25,491 nucleotides of DNA. Origin: a virus (taxonomy: Duplodnaviria > Caudoviricetes). The notes beneath the pieces were generated by a model. It was given only the letters and a program-made list of their open reading frames with translations. It searched no databases and was not told where the DNA came from. Position numbers and translations under genes: made by a program. Location: IMG/VR virus record IMGVR_UViG_3300031851_005582, positions 1 to 25,491 of that record. One strand, 5' to 3'. Shown piece by piece: positions 9,503 to 17,458 of the stretch. Numbering within the stretch: the stretch's first letter is position 1; each line of letters begins with the position of its first letter.

Positions 9503-10300
9503 ATGTCTCGTTTTTTTAGCTCAGGAGCTATAGAATTTGGGCCTTGGAGCCCCAGTAAAGCAGGAGTACTCAAAGAGTGCCCGTTAAAGTTTATTTGGCA
9601 ATATGTTGAGAAACCTAAGTTATCCGCTGATGAGACTAGAGTTAGTGACGACCTACCTCTAGTCATGGGCTCAGCCGTACATAAGTACGCTGAGCACCTA
9701 GTTAATGGCATACCCTCCCATGAGGCAGAGGCGGACGCCTTTAAAGAAGTACCTCTTACTAGACGTAATAAACTTACTATACGTAGTCAGAAAAGAGGAA
9801 TAGCCTCATTTGAAGACAGAATGAGCGCTTTTAAAGGTAAACATAAAGTTATTCTAGATTCGGCTGAGTTACGCCTAGCCGTAATGCCTGATCTAAAATC
9901 TACAGAGTTCTGGAACAACAGGTCAGCACTTAGAGGTATACTTGATAGACTTATAATAATAGAGAAGGGCGGTCAGAAGCACGCCATAGCTATAGATATA
10001 AAGACAGGTAGGGAGAGGCCTATAGATACATACTCCCTACAATTAGAATCATATGGGGTATTACTGCATAGTGCATACGACTTAAAATCAGTTTCCATGG
10101 CAGCTTACTTTTCAAGCACAGGCGAACTGGTGTGGCATTCTAGAAAAGTAATGAAGTCAGATATTGTAGCTGATAATCCTGTATTCACTACTATAAATGA
10201 GCTGGTAGAAACCATAGACCCTAGCGGGTATAAGGTAGGTAGGCAATGTAATTGGTGTAATTACAAACTACTTTGTGAGAAAGAGAGGGACTCTCTGTGA
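9503..10300 (+). CDS. Second PD-(D/E)XK nuclease, Cas4/RecB-like
   Basis: WSPSKAGVLKECPLKF, GSAVH, RGILDRL, AIDIKTG, QLESY, C-terminal CNWCNYKLLC; SD AAGGAGG. Confidence 0.88.
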   Translation: MSRFFSSGAIEFGPWSPSKAGVLKECPLKFIWQYVEKPKLSADETRVSDDLPLVMGSAVHKYAEHLVNGIPSHEAEADAFKEVPLTRRNKLTIRSQKRGIASFEDRMSAFKGKHKVILDSAELRLAVMPDLKSTEFWNNRSALRGILDRLIIIEKGGQKHAIAIDIKTGRERPIDTYSLQLESYGVLLHSAYDLKSVSMAAYFSSTGELVWHSRKVMKSDIVADNPVFTTINELVETIDPSGYKVGRQCNWCNYKLLCEKERDSL

Positions 10301-13300
10301 AAGACCTTCCTGTAAAGAAGTTATGGGAGGATATATCTCTATCCCAGTGGAAAGATATACTTACTCAGATAGGGGCGGGTAATTCTTGGAAGATTAAAGG
10401 TAGGTCTTTACACGGCAACTGTCCTTTCCCAGGACATAGAGATGCTAGGCCTTCCTGTTGGATAGTACCTGATAAGGGGTTTGTTAAATGCTTCGGTTGC
10501 CAGAAGTATCAATCTAACGCCTTGTTATTTATTAGCCAAGTAGGAAAACTTAGCTGGAGTGGGGCGGCTAGGCTACTTAGGTCTAAGGGTGTTAAGACTT
10601 TCCCTAAAGCAGTAGAAAAGAAGCTAGCGGAAGAAGAGATCAGGCATGCTACTAAGGAAGAACTGTTCTACGCCTGTAATAAAGCCTTGGTTGAAGCCTC
10701 AGAGAATAGAGATGATCAGAAATATTTATTTGCGCAAAGTTGTATCAAGTACTTAGAATCTAGGGGCATTTCCGCAGATACATTCAAGAACCTACCTATA
10801 GGAGTATTACCTCCAGGGGTAATGCTAAACCAGCATGTACGTAGGACTCAGGAAGTATATAACTATGCAAAGCCCGTACTAACACCTAACTACATAGGCG
10901 CTTTAGTATTCTGCTACCACAAAGCTCCTTCAGAAATAAGTAGGTTTAAGGTGAGAGCAGACTTCATGCGGCAGAACAAAGCATTGAAGGATGAGCAGTT
11001 CATACCGGACCCAGAGGAAGACGGTATTGGATTTCTAGGATTAAAGAACTTTATGGGTAGTATGGGTAAACCCTCTGCTGCAGGGTTACCTGCTGTACTA
11101 GTTGAGGGTGAGTTTGATGCCTTAGCCCACCTAGTTAACTACCTGAAGGGTATAACCTATGACATTGTGCTGGGTGTAGGCGGAGCTGGTTCATCTAGCC
11201 CCGATCTACTTAGAAAGACCTGCGGTATAACCAAGCTGTTGATAGTTGCAGATCATCCTGATCATGGGGGAGATGGTATAGCTAAATCCCTTATAAAATC
11301 TACCAGCTTATCCTGTAAGGTGTTCGACTGGCCAGAAGAGGTAAAGGCTAAAGACCCCCATGAAGCTATAGCTATACATGGGTGGGCCACCTGGATAGCA
11401 GCCTTAAATAAGCTCCTGCCTACCCAGACTACTGTAACGGAGAGGGCTAACTTCATATCAGCACACAAGTGGCTTATTGCCCAGACCAGAACAGATATGG
11501 AGAAGATAGATAAGGACGATGTTGCGGAGGTAAAACGTATAATAGCGTCCAACGGATCTTGCCTTAGAGATCCCGATAGTCAAAGGCTGTACTGTATAGA
11601 AAGTAGTAAATTTGTGCCGCTGTCCTTAGGTACATTGTTGGAGCTAGTTGTAGGACAAGATGATAGTGAAGAGGGCTTTGTGTCTAGAATAACGCAAGCT
11701 CTAGCAGACGAGATAGTATTCATAGGTATAGAAGGGGTTAACTCTACTGAAAGTATAGTGAGGGGCTGGAGTAGAAAGACTAAGACTCCCTTAGCTTGGA
11801 GGGTAAGTAGAGTAAATGAGTTATTAGGTAAGTTAGAATCAGAACTAGGTCCAGCAGCTGACTGGGTAAAAGGCAACGTAGGTATACCTAGACGATTAGC
11901 TTCTAGGAAAGTAGGGAAGAACACGGTAGCCCTAAACCTTATAGAACTAAATGCAAAGATGGAGAAGTACCTAAGGTTTGCTGTAGGGAGGATAATAAGG
12001 GGATTGCCTTCAATAACGGGATTAGATGAGATGAAGGCCGGTGCTCACTACTTGAAATTATCTTTCTCAGAGGATGGTTCTGGGGAGGAAGAAGACTGTT
12101 GGGCTATAGTTAATGGGTACGATGTATATATAGGTAGATTTACTGAGGGCGGTATAACTTGGTTCATGCTAGACGGCCCTAAAGTGGGTAACTATACGTT
12201 TGATGTAGTAAAGAAGCCTTGGAGCAAGATAATAGATGGCTGTGACACGTTGCAGAGTGGATCACAGGTTGATCTAGAGGAGACCTATGATTTCTTAGTA
12301 TGTGCCATACACAACTCTTGGACACTCAAAGGAGGGTTAGAAGACGCGGAGTACATAGCGGCAGCTATTATGTTAACCCCAGTAACAGGGTGTCTACCTC
12401 ACCCCCTGTATACTATGCTAAATGGACAAAGGGGTTCGGGTAAGTCAAAGCTGTTAGGTTTAGTTGGAGGTAAGGACCCTAGGTTCCGTTTATTAGAATC
12501 TACAATAGACATACCAGCTAGTTACACAGCGGCCGGTACTAGGAAAGACGTTAACCGTTGTGGCCTAGGGTTAGTACTAGATGAGTTCGAAGATACAGGA
12601 GATAACCGCCAGAGTAGGATGGTTCGAGAAATACTGATAGATATTAGAGAGCTAACCTCTAGTCCGTCTGCTAAGATAACTAGGGGTAATGCTGAGAGCA
12701 AGGAGGTAACTGAGTATATCATCAAATCTATGATTTGGTGCTGTGGTATCCAGTACCTTAGGGATGAGGCTGACATATCCAGGTTCATGCAATTTGAATC
12801 TGTACGTAAGGAGGACCATCCTGAGCCGCACTTAAACCTCATGCAATTATTTGGGGCTGAAACACTAACTCATTTTAAGAGAAACATAAGCTTAGGTATG
12901 TTCTCTAGAACTCAGGAGTTACGTAAGAATATACAAGAGTTGCAAACATACTACCATAAGCAAGAAGTCCGAGATACCATATCGGCTTACGCAGGTATAT
13001 CTACGGTACCCACTCGATTGTTGGATAGTATAGTAATAACTTCAGCGCTAATTAAGCTGGTTGGTAGGGACCCTCACTCCTATATAAAGAGAGTGGTTAG
13101 TAAGAAGATAGGATTGATAGATAGGATAACAAGCTCTACTCACGCTAAAGATCTGTTAGATCAGATACTATCAGCTAGAGCAGAGTTAAAGAGGCCTGGT
13201 TCTGACTCTAGGACTACTACTATAAGGACTATACTAGCGGATAAAACCGATAGACATAAGCTGAGGGATCTAGACTGCGGGTTAGCATATACGCAGTATA

Positions 13301-13578
13301 CTAAAACCAACTCAGATAAGACCTTAAGCGTAGTAAAGGTCTTAGTTGTTATGTGGCCTGATGTTCTTCAAAACATACTTAGCAAGGTACCTAGATTTTC
13401 TAAAGAGAAAACAGGTAGGTTAAAACGAATGGGTGATTCCAGTGATAACTCACTTAGCTACCATACTGTTAGGAAGAAGATAGGGGATATTAAAGGCATA
13501 CTGCGTCCTGGTATAACAAGTAGTGATGTGACTTTCTATGATATATCAGAGATACTAGATGAATGGGATAATTTATGA
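10297..13578 (+). CDS. DNA primase-helicase fusion (CHC2 Zn finger + TOPRIM + C-terminal P-loop ATPase)
   Basis: CPFPGH...CFGC zinc finger; TOPRIM LVEGEFDAL, ADHPDHGG, KDPHE; Walker A GQRGSGKS; Walker B LVLDEFE. Confidence 0.88.
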   Translation: MKDLPVKKLWEDISLSQWKDILTQIGAGNSWKIKGRSLHGNCPFPGHRDARPSCWIVPDKGFVKCFGCQKYQSNALLFISQVGKLSWSGAARLLRSKGVKTFPKAVEKKLAEEEIRHATKEELFYACNKALVEASENRDDQKYLFAQSCIKYLESRGISADTFKNLPIGVLPPGVMLNQHVRRTQEVYNYAKPVLTPNYIGALVFCYHKAPSEISRFKVRADFMRQNKALKDEQFIPDPEEDGIGFLGLKNFMGSMGKPSAAGLPAVLVEGEFDALAHLVNYLKGITYDIVLGVGGAGSSSPDLLRKTCGITKLLIVADHPDHGGDGIAKSLIKSTSLSCKVFDWPEEVKAKDPHEAIAIHGWATWIAALNKLLPTQTTVTERANFISAHKWLIAQTRTDMEKIDKDDVAEVKRIIASNGSCLRDPDSQRLYCIESSKFVPLSLGTLLELVVGQDDSEEGFVSRITQALADEIVFIGIEGVNSTESIVRGWSRKTKTPLAWRVSRVNELLGKLESELGPAADWVKGNVGIPRRLASRKVGKNTVALNLIELNAKMEKYLRFAVGRIIRGLPSITGLDEMKAGAHYLKLSFSEDGSGEEEDCWAIVNGYDVYIGRFTEGGITWFMLDGPKVGNYTFDVVKKPWSKIIDGCDTLQSGSQVDLEETYDFLVCAIHNSWTLKGGLEDAEYIAAAIMLTPVTGCLPHPLYTMLNGQRGSGKSKLLGLVGGKDPRFRLLESTIDIPASYTAAGTRKDVNRCGLGLVLDEFEDTGDNRQSRMVREILIDIRELTSSPSAKITRGNAESKEVTEYIIKSMIWCCGIQYLRDEADISRFMQFESVRKEDHPEPHLNLMQLFGAETLTHFKRNISLGMFSRTQELRKNIQELQTYYHKQEVRDTISAYAGISTVPTRLLDSIVITSALIKLVGRDPHSYIKRVVSKKIGLIDRITSSTHAKDLLDQILSARAELKRPGSDSRTTTIRTILADKTDRHKLRDLDCGLAYTQYTKTNSDKTLSVVKVLVVMWPDVLQNILSKVPRFSKEKTGRLKRMGDSSDNSLSYHTVRKKIGDIKGILRPGITSSDVTFYDISEILDEWDNL

Positions 13579-16500
13579 AGCCAGCAAAATGCATACATTG
13601 CCCTCTATATAGAAACAAATTAATACCTTCTATAGGAGAGACGTTAGATGCTGAGGTAGTATTCCTACTAGACTCCCCACCCAGTTTTGCCAAATCCCCC
13701 TTAGCAGGTAATGAGGGGGTTATCTTAAAAGAAGTGTTGGACATAGCCTCCCGGGAGGACGTATCTGGCAACACCTCTAGGCTTATTAATAAAGCTATGT
13801 ACATGTACTCAGTTACATGTGCTAGTGATTTAGAGTCTAAGGTAAAGCTGATAGATAGATGTCGAGATAGTGTAGGAGCTCAGCAGATCCTTAATTCCGG
13901 AGCTAAGGTAATAGTTGCCTTTGGGGCTAAACCACTTTCTTTCTTCGGTATTAAATCTCAGCATAAGGAGGCTAGGGGAGGTGTTCTCGACGTAAACTTC
14001 CTAGGTAGAGATATAAAGATAGTAGTTACTTTCGCCTTGTCGGGGATAATGAAGAAGCCAGGACTTACTAACTTAGCGGCAAATGATATACAGAAAGCTA
14101 CTAAGTTAGTTAGAGGGGAGTCATTAGACTCTATGGATGTACCTGCTCTACTAGCTGGGTATGAAATACCTTCTACGCTTGAGGAGGCTATAGACATAGC
14201 TAATAGGTACTCTGCTTACAAAAAACCAGGTAAAGATATGTCTTCTAGCATGATGGCTTTAGACTATGAGACTAATACCCTATTTCCCCACTACGAGGGG
14301 TCCAGGGCCATAGCCATTTCAGGAGCAGTAGAACCAGGTAAGGCATTCGCCTTGTTTATAGACCATAAGGATAGCCCTTATGGCTTCACGCAGATAATAC
14401 CTTACATATGGAAAATACTACAAAGCCCCCACCCTAAGACATGGTGGAACTATAAGTTCGACTATGGGGTTACTAAGTACACCCTAATTAGGCAAACTAA
14501 GGAGGCCATAGAGGTAAACCCCGAGCTAGTACGTAGGATAGAAGAGGTAGTAGGTAAAGGCCTAGAGGAGATATTTAGTAACCCAGTAAACAATACTAGG
14601 TGGGATGGTATGTTAGCAGAGCACATGCTAGATGAGAACAAAGCAGGCCACTATAGCTTGAAGCAGGTTGTTCTAAACCACTTCCCTTCCCTGGCAGGCT
14701 ACGAGAAACCTTTACATGTACAGCTAAAGGACGGAGACTCTACTAAAACTCAAGACAAGGTGTCTAGGGCCTGTTCCCTCCAGGATGGTCTTGTGGAGAA
14801 TAACTCCCCCGTAGGATATACGGGGGACTTACTGGGGGAGATAGCCACCTTGCAGAACTTGTCTTCTAAACTAAAAAAGATGAGTAAGAAGAAAAGCACG
14901 CCAGAAGAAGTAAGGTCTACCGCTGAGGATACAGTAGTAATCCTTAGTAATAGAACTAAGTATATAAAGAAGGTAGATAAGGCGATTAAGGCGCTCATAA
15001 AAACATCGGATAAAGTACAATTTGATATTAAGTACAAAAACCCCCTAAGGTCAGGTACTACTTTTGAAGAAGTTACTACAGATGTAATGATGCCTTATGC
15101 CGCTATAGACGCAGATCTTACCCTAAGGATTAGCATTAAGCAGAGAAAAGCGGCCTGGAAAGAAGACCCTAAGTCACTAGCTGATAAGGAAGGTAGGGGG
15201 TACATGATGTCTCTCATGGATAAGCATTACCTACCGCTTACTGAAATTCTGTGCGATATGCAGAATGAGGGCATTCGTATGGATAGGGAATATCTACTTA
15301 AGGAGTATAATAGGCAAGCCGCTAAGGAAATAGAGTTAGAGCTAAATTTAGTGGAGAAGATAGCTAAGGATTTAGGTAGGGAAGAGAATAGTATAGTACT
15401 ACATAATCCAGCAGAAGTAGCTAATATAATGGTGGCCGGTTATGGACTACCCAAAGTAAAGTATACGGACTCCGGTGAAACCTCTAGTGATAGTGAAGCT
15501 TTGAGTATTTGGGGTAAAACTCAACCCATAGCTTTAGATATATTAGAATATAGAAATACCGCCAAAGCCAAATCCACCTACTTAGAGAACCTTATAACTC
15601 TATCTGATTACGATGGGTTTATAAGAGGCTCCCTATGGTTAAACGGTACTGCTACTGGTAGGTTATCTTCTTCTGATCCCAACTTACAGAATCAACCACC
15701 AGAGGTAGCAGGTACTCATATTAAAAAGGCTTTCTCCACTACGGATACCTCTGAAGGTAGATCAGAGTGGGACAGTTATTTAATGGATAGGTACAGATGG
15801 GAGGAGAATGAAGAATTATGTGTTGTGGATTTGGACTATGCGGGAGCAGAGGTTAGGGGTTTAACGGTGTACGCCCAAGACCCAGCCTTGCTTAATGCTC
15901 TCAATGATGGGTTAGATATGCATAGTTGGGTAGCTAGTATAGTCTTTGAACTAGATTACGAGGAGATAGACAGGGCGAGGAAGATAGACTCGGTGAAGAG
16001 AAACTCTGAGGAAGAGTTTCTAGTTACTAAGAGAAAACACGCTAAAGCGGTAGTGTTTGGTCTCTTGTTTTGTATCAGTGCCCCTAAGCTAGCTACACAG
16101 CTAAGTATTCATGTCCGGGAGGCGGAATCATTGATGCGTATGTTCTTTAAAAGGTTCCCTCGTATTAATGATTATATAACTTACACCAAAAGCCTGGTGC
16201 TCCATAAAGGAGTACTCCGCACCCCGACTGGCAGGGCCCGGAGGTTTCCCTTAGCAAGAATGGGGGGTAGTATAGGATCGGCTTGTGGTAGACAGGGGGT
16301 AAATTACTTGGTTCAAGGATTCACCTCTGAGATAGTTACTAGGACTCTCATAGAGTTAAGTAAACACATGAGTAAAGTGCGGGGCAGGTTGATGATTACT
16401 GTGCATGACAGTATTGTATTTGAGATGCCCAGAAGCTTACTACCTAGCTTAGATGGGTTCTTCAAAATGCATGTTAGGGACTTTATACAAAGAGAGTTCC

Positions 16501-16592
16501 CCGTGGTTCCGGTGGAGCTACCTTACGATATAGAAGTAGGCCCTACGTACGGTGAAGCCAAGTATAGTGTAGAGGCCTACACACAAAAATAG
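13575..16592 (+). CDS. polA: DNA polymerase family A with a 3'-5' exonuclease and an N-terminal uracil-DNA-glycosylase-like domain
   Basis: Exo I LDYET, Exo II NYKFD, Exo III YAAIDA; TATGRLSSSDPNLQN; motif A DLDYAGAEVR; motif B RKHAKAVVFG; motif C TVHDSIVFE; N-terminal CIHCPLY UDG family-4-like fold. Confidence 0.95.
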   Translation: MKPAKCIHCPLYRNKLIPSIGETLDAEVVFLLDSPPSFAKSPLAGNEGVILKEVLDIASREDVSGNTSRLINKAMYMYSVTCASDLESKVKLIDRCRDSVGAQQILNSGAKVIVAFGAKPLSFFGIKSQHKEARGGVLDVNFLGRDIKIVVTFALSGIMKKPGLTNLAANDIQKATKLVRGESLDSMDVPALLAGYEIPSTLEEAIDIANRYSAYKKPGKDMSSSMMALDYETNTLFPHYEGSRAIAISGAVEPGKAFALFIDHKDSPYGFTQIIPYIWKILQSPHPKTWWNYKFDYGVTKYTLIRQTKEAIEVNPELVRRIEEVVGKGLEEIFSNPVNNTRWDGMLAEHMLDENKAGHYSLKQVVLNHFPSLAGYEKPLHVQLKDGDSTKTQDKVSRACSLQDGLVENNSPVGYTGDLLGEIATLQNLSSKLKKMSKKKSTPEEVRSTAEDTVVILSNRTKYIKKVDKAIKALIKTSDKVQFDIKYKNPLRSGTTFEEVTTDVMMPYAAIDADLTLRISIKQRKAAWKEDPKSLADKEGRGYMMSLMDKHYLPLTEILCDMQNEGIRMDREYLLKEYNRQAAKEIELELNLVEKIAKDLGREENSIVLHNPAEVANIMVAGYGLPKVKYTDSGETSSDSEALSIWGKTQPIALDILEYRNTAKAKSTYLENLITLSDYDGFIRGSLWLNGTATGRLSSSDPNLQNQPPEVAGTHIKKAFSTTDTSEGRSEWDSYLMDRYRWEENEELCVVDLDYAGAEVRGLTVYAQDPALLNALNDGLDMHSWVASIVFELDYEEIDRARKIDSVKRNSEEEFLVTKRKHAKAVVFGLLFCISAPKLATQLSIHVREAESLMRMFFKRFPRINDYITYTKSLVLHKGVLRTPTGRARRFPLARMGGSIGSACGRQGVNYLVQGFTSEIVTRTLIELSKHMSKVRGRLMITVHDSIVFEMPRSLLPSLDGFFKMHVRDFIQREFPVVPVELPYDIEVGPTYGEAKYSVEAYTQK

Positions 16593-16601
16593 CTGATTAT
16601 T

Positions 16602-16611
16602 TGTTATAAGT
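16602..16611 (+). promoter_or_regulatory. Putative promoter (TGTTATAAGT) for the ncRNA array
   Basis: Identical to 3830-3839, with similar upstream context (AAATA..GATT.TT). Lies ~40 nt before the first array unit. Confidence 0.5.
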
Positions 16612-16648
16612 TTATGCTCTGGGTTATATGCTCAGACATTACCTACTT

Positions 16649-16751
16649 TAGTAGATGCTTTAGGTGAGGGAGGTGTTACATCTCCGCCCCCTATCAGCTC
16701 TTCGAGCACGGCGCCCGGGCTGCGCGATATCGAGCACACTTCGATCTATTA
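16649..16751 (+). ncRNA. Array unit 1, retron-like structured ncRNA
   Basis: Arms TAGTAGAT/ATCTATTA; G16657 opposite G16743; hairpin GGAGGTG-TTA-CATCTCC (16669-16685); 3' motif CACACTTCG. Confidence 0.7.
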
Positions 16752-16756
16752 GAGTA

Positions 16757-16859
16757 GATACTCATTGCTGAGACTAGGGTCTGTGTAACATAGACTTCCC
16801 TCAACTTCAGCGAAAATCTGCTGAAGGGATGTCTGGGAAAAACATTTTGAATGAGTATT
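16757..16859 (+). ncRNA. Array unit 2, retron-like structured ncRNA
   Basis: Arms GATACTCATT/AATGAGTATT; G16767 opposite G16849; hairpin GTCTGTG-TAA-CATAGAC (16779-16795); CTTCAGC/GCTGAAG stem; 3' motif AACATTTTG. Confidence 0.7.
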
Positions 16860-16860
16860 A

Positions 16861-17013
16861 GTTCCATAGCTAAGTAAAGGTAGTGTTACACTACCAAACC
16901 AAATCCGGCCCGTAGGGCCGGCTGGTTGACTTGAAACTGAGGTAACACGTCAGGGAGAATGGAGGCACTGCCTGCAAATTCCCCGAGGCCTCTAACACAT
17001 TGTTGTATGGAAT
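16861..17013 (+). ncRNA. Array unit 3, retron-like structured ncRNA
   Basis: Arms GTTCCATA/TATGGAAT; G16869 opposite G17005; hairpin GGTAGTG-TTA-CACTACC (16879-16895); CCGGCCC-GTA-GGGCCGG; 3' motif CACATTGTTG. Confidence 0.7.
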
Positions 17014-17015
17014 AA

Positions 17016-17128
17016 GATAGTAGCTTAAGGAGAGATGGAGTAACTCCATACTCCCGAATTAGGGTCGAGGCCTAACTGCGTTAGACCCTCGACGGCGGGC
17101 GTCACGAGATGACACACTTCGTGCTATC
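17016..17128 (+). ncRNA. Array unit 4, retron-like structured ncRNA
   Basis: Arms GATAGTA/TGCTATC; G17023 opposite G17121; hairpin ATGGAG-TAA-CTCCAT (17035-17049); AGGGTC/GACCCT stem; 3' motif CACACTTCG. Confidence 0.7.
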
Positions 17129-17159
17129 ATAGGCAGTAGTTACTAGAGTTAAATACATA

Positions 17160-17318
17160 GTTCTATAGCTAAGTTAGAAGCGGTGTTACACCGCTATACC
17201 AAAGCTGGCCCTGCGGGCCGAGGGGGGCACCTGAGAAAATCAGTTACCTCACTGGGTTACACAAAGCGCGGGGGGGATGCCCCTGAGGCGCCAGCGGGAA
17301 TACATTGTTGTGTAGAAC
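17160..17318 (+). ncRNA. Array unit 5, retron-like structured ncRNA (paralog of unit 3)
   Basis: Arms GTTCTATA/TGTAGAAC; G17168 opposite G17310; hairpin AGCGGTG-TTA-CACCGCT (17179-17195); GGCCC-TGC-GGGCC; 3' motif TACATTGTTG. Confidence 0.7.
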
Positions 17319-17319
17319 A

Positions 17320-17414
17320 AATATAGTAGCTGAAAAAGCTATGAAGTTACTTCATACTCCCAACTAGGCTCACTACGTGAGCTCTGGTCCCCGGAATACA
17401 CTTTGTACTATATT
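17320..17414 (+). ncRNA. Array unit 6, retron-like structured ncRNA (paralog of unit 4)
   Basis: Perfect arms AATATAGTA/TACTATATT; G17329 opposite G17405; hairpin TATGAAG-TTA-CTTCATA (17340-17356); GCTCAC-TAC-GTGAGC; 3' motif TACACTTTG. Confidence 0.7.
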
Positions 17415-17458
17415 AGATAGTAGGTAGTTTTTTTATACATATATAAAAGGTATATATT

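Larger units (their letters stand above)
16640..17426 (+). repeat. Tandem array of six structurally conserved, sequence-divergent RNA units (retron msr-msd-like)
   Basis: Six consecutive inverted-repeat-bounded units share GCT, a G-TWA-C hairpin and ACAYT(G)TYG. The whole array is bracketed by TACCTACT/AGTAGGTA. No ORF in the track. Confidence 0.85.

Noticed and set aside
17129-17159. Seventh array unit in the longer spacer (TAG-TTA-CTA mini-hairpin)
   Set aside because: Only a 3-bp stem, with no terminal arms, GCT or ACAY motif; at most a remnant.
16640-17426. CRISPR array (repeat-like region plus Cas4-like genes)
   Set aside because: No near-identical 23-50 nt direct repeats with uniform spacers; units are bounded by unit-specific inverted repeats; no cas1/cas2 or effector genes in the window.
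16640-17426. tRNA cluster or self-cleaving ribozymes
   Set aside because: No cloverleaf with a GTTCRA T-loop or 7-nt anticodon loop. No hammerhead CUGAnGA/GAAA core or other ribozyme consensus recognised by eye. tRNAscan and Rfam were not run.
16593-17458. Replication origin with iterons
   Set aside because: Position after the polymerase fits, but there are no sequence-identical iterons, and the strand-specific G-U pairing favours RNA. A DNA-level role is not fully excluded.
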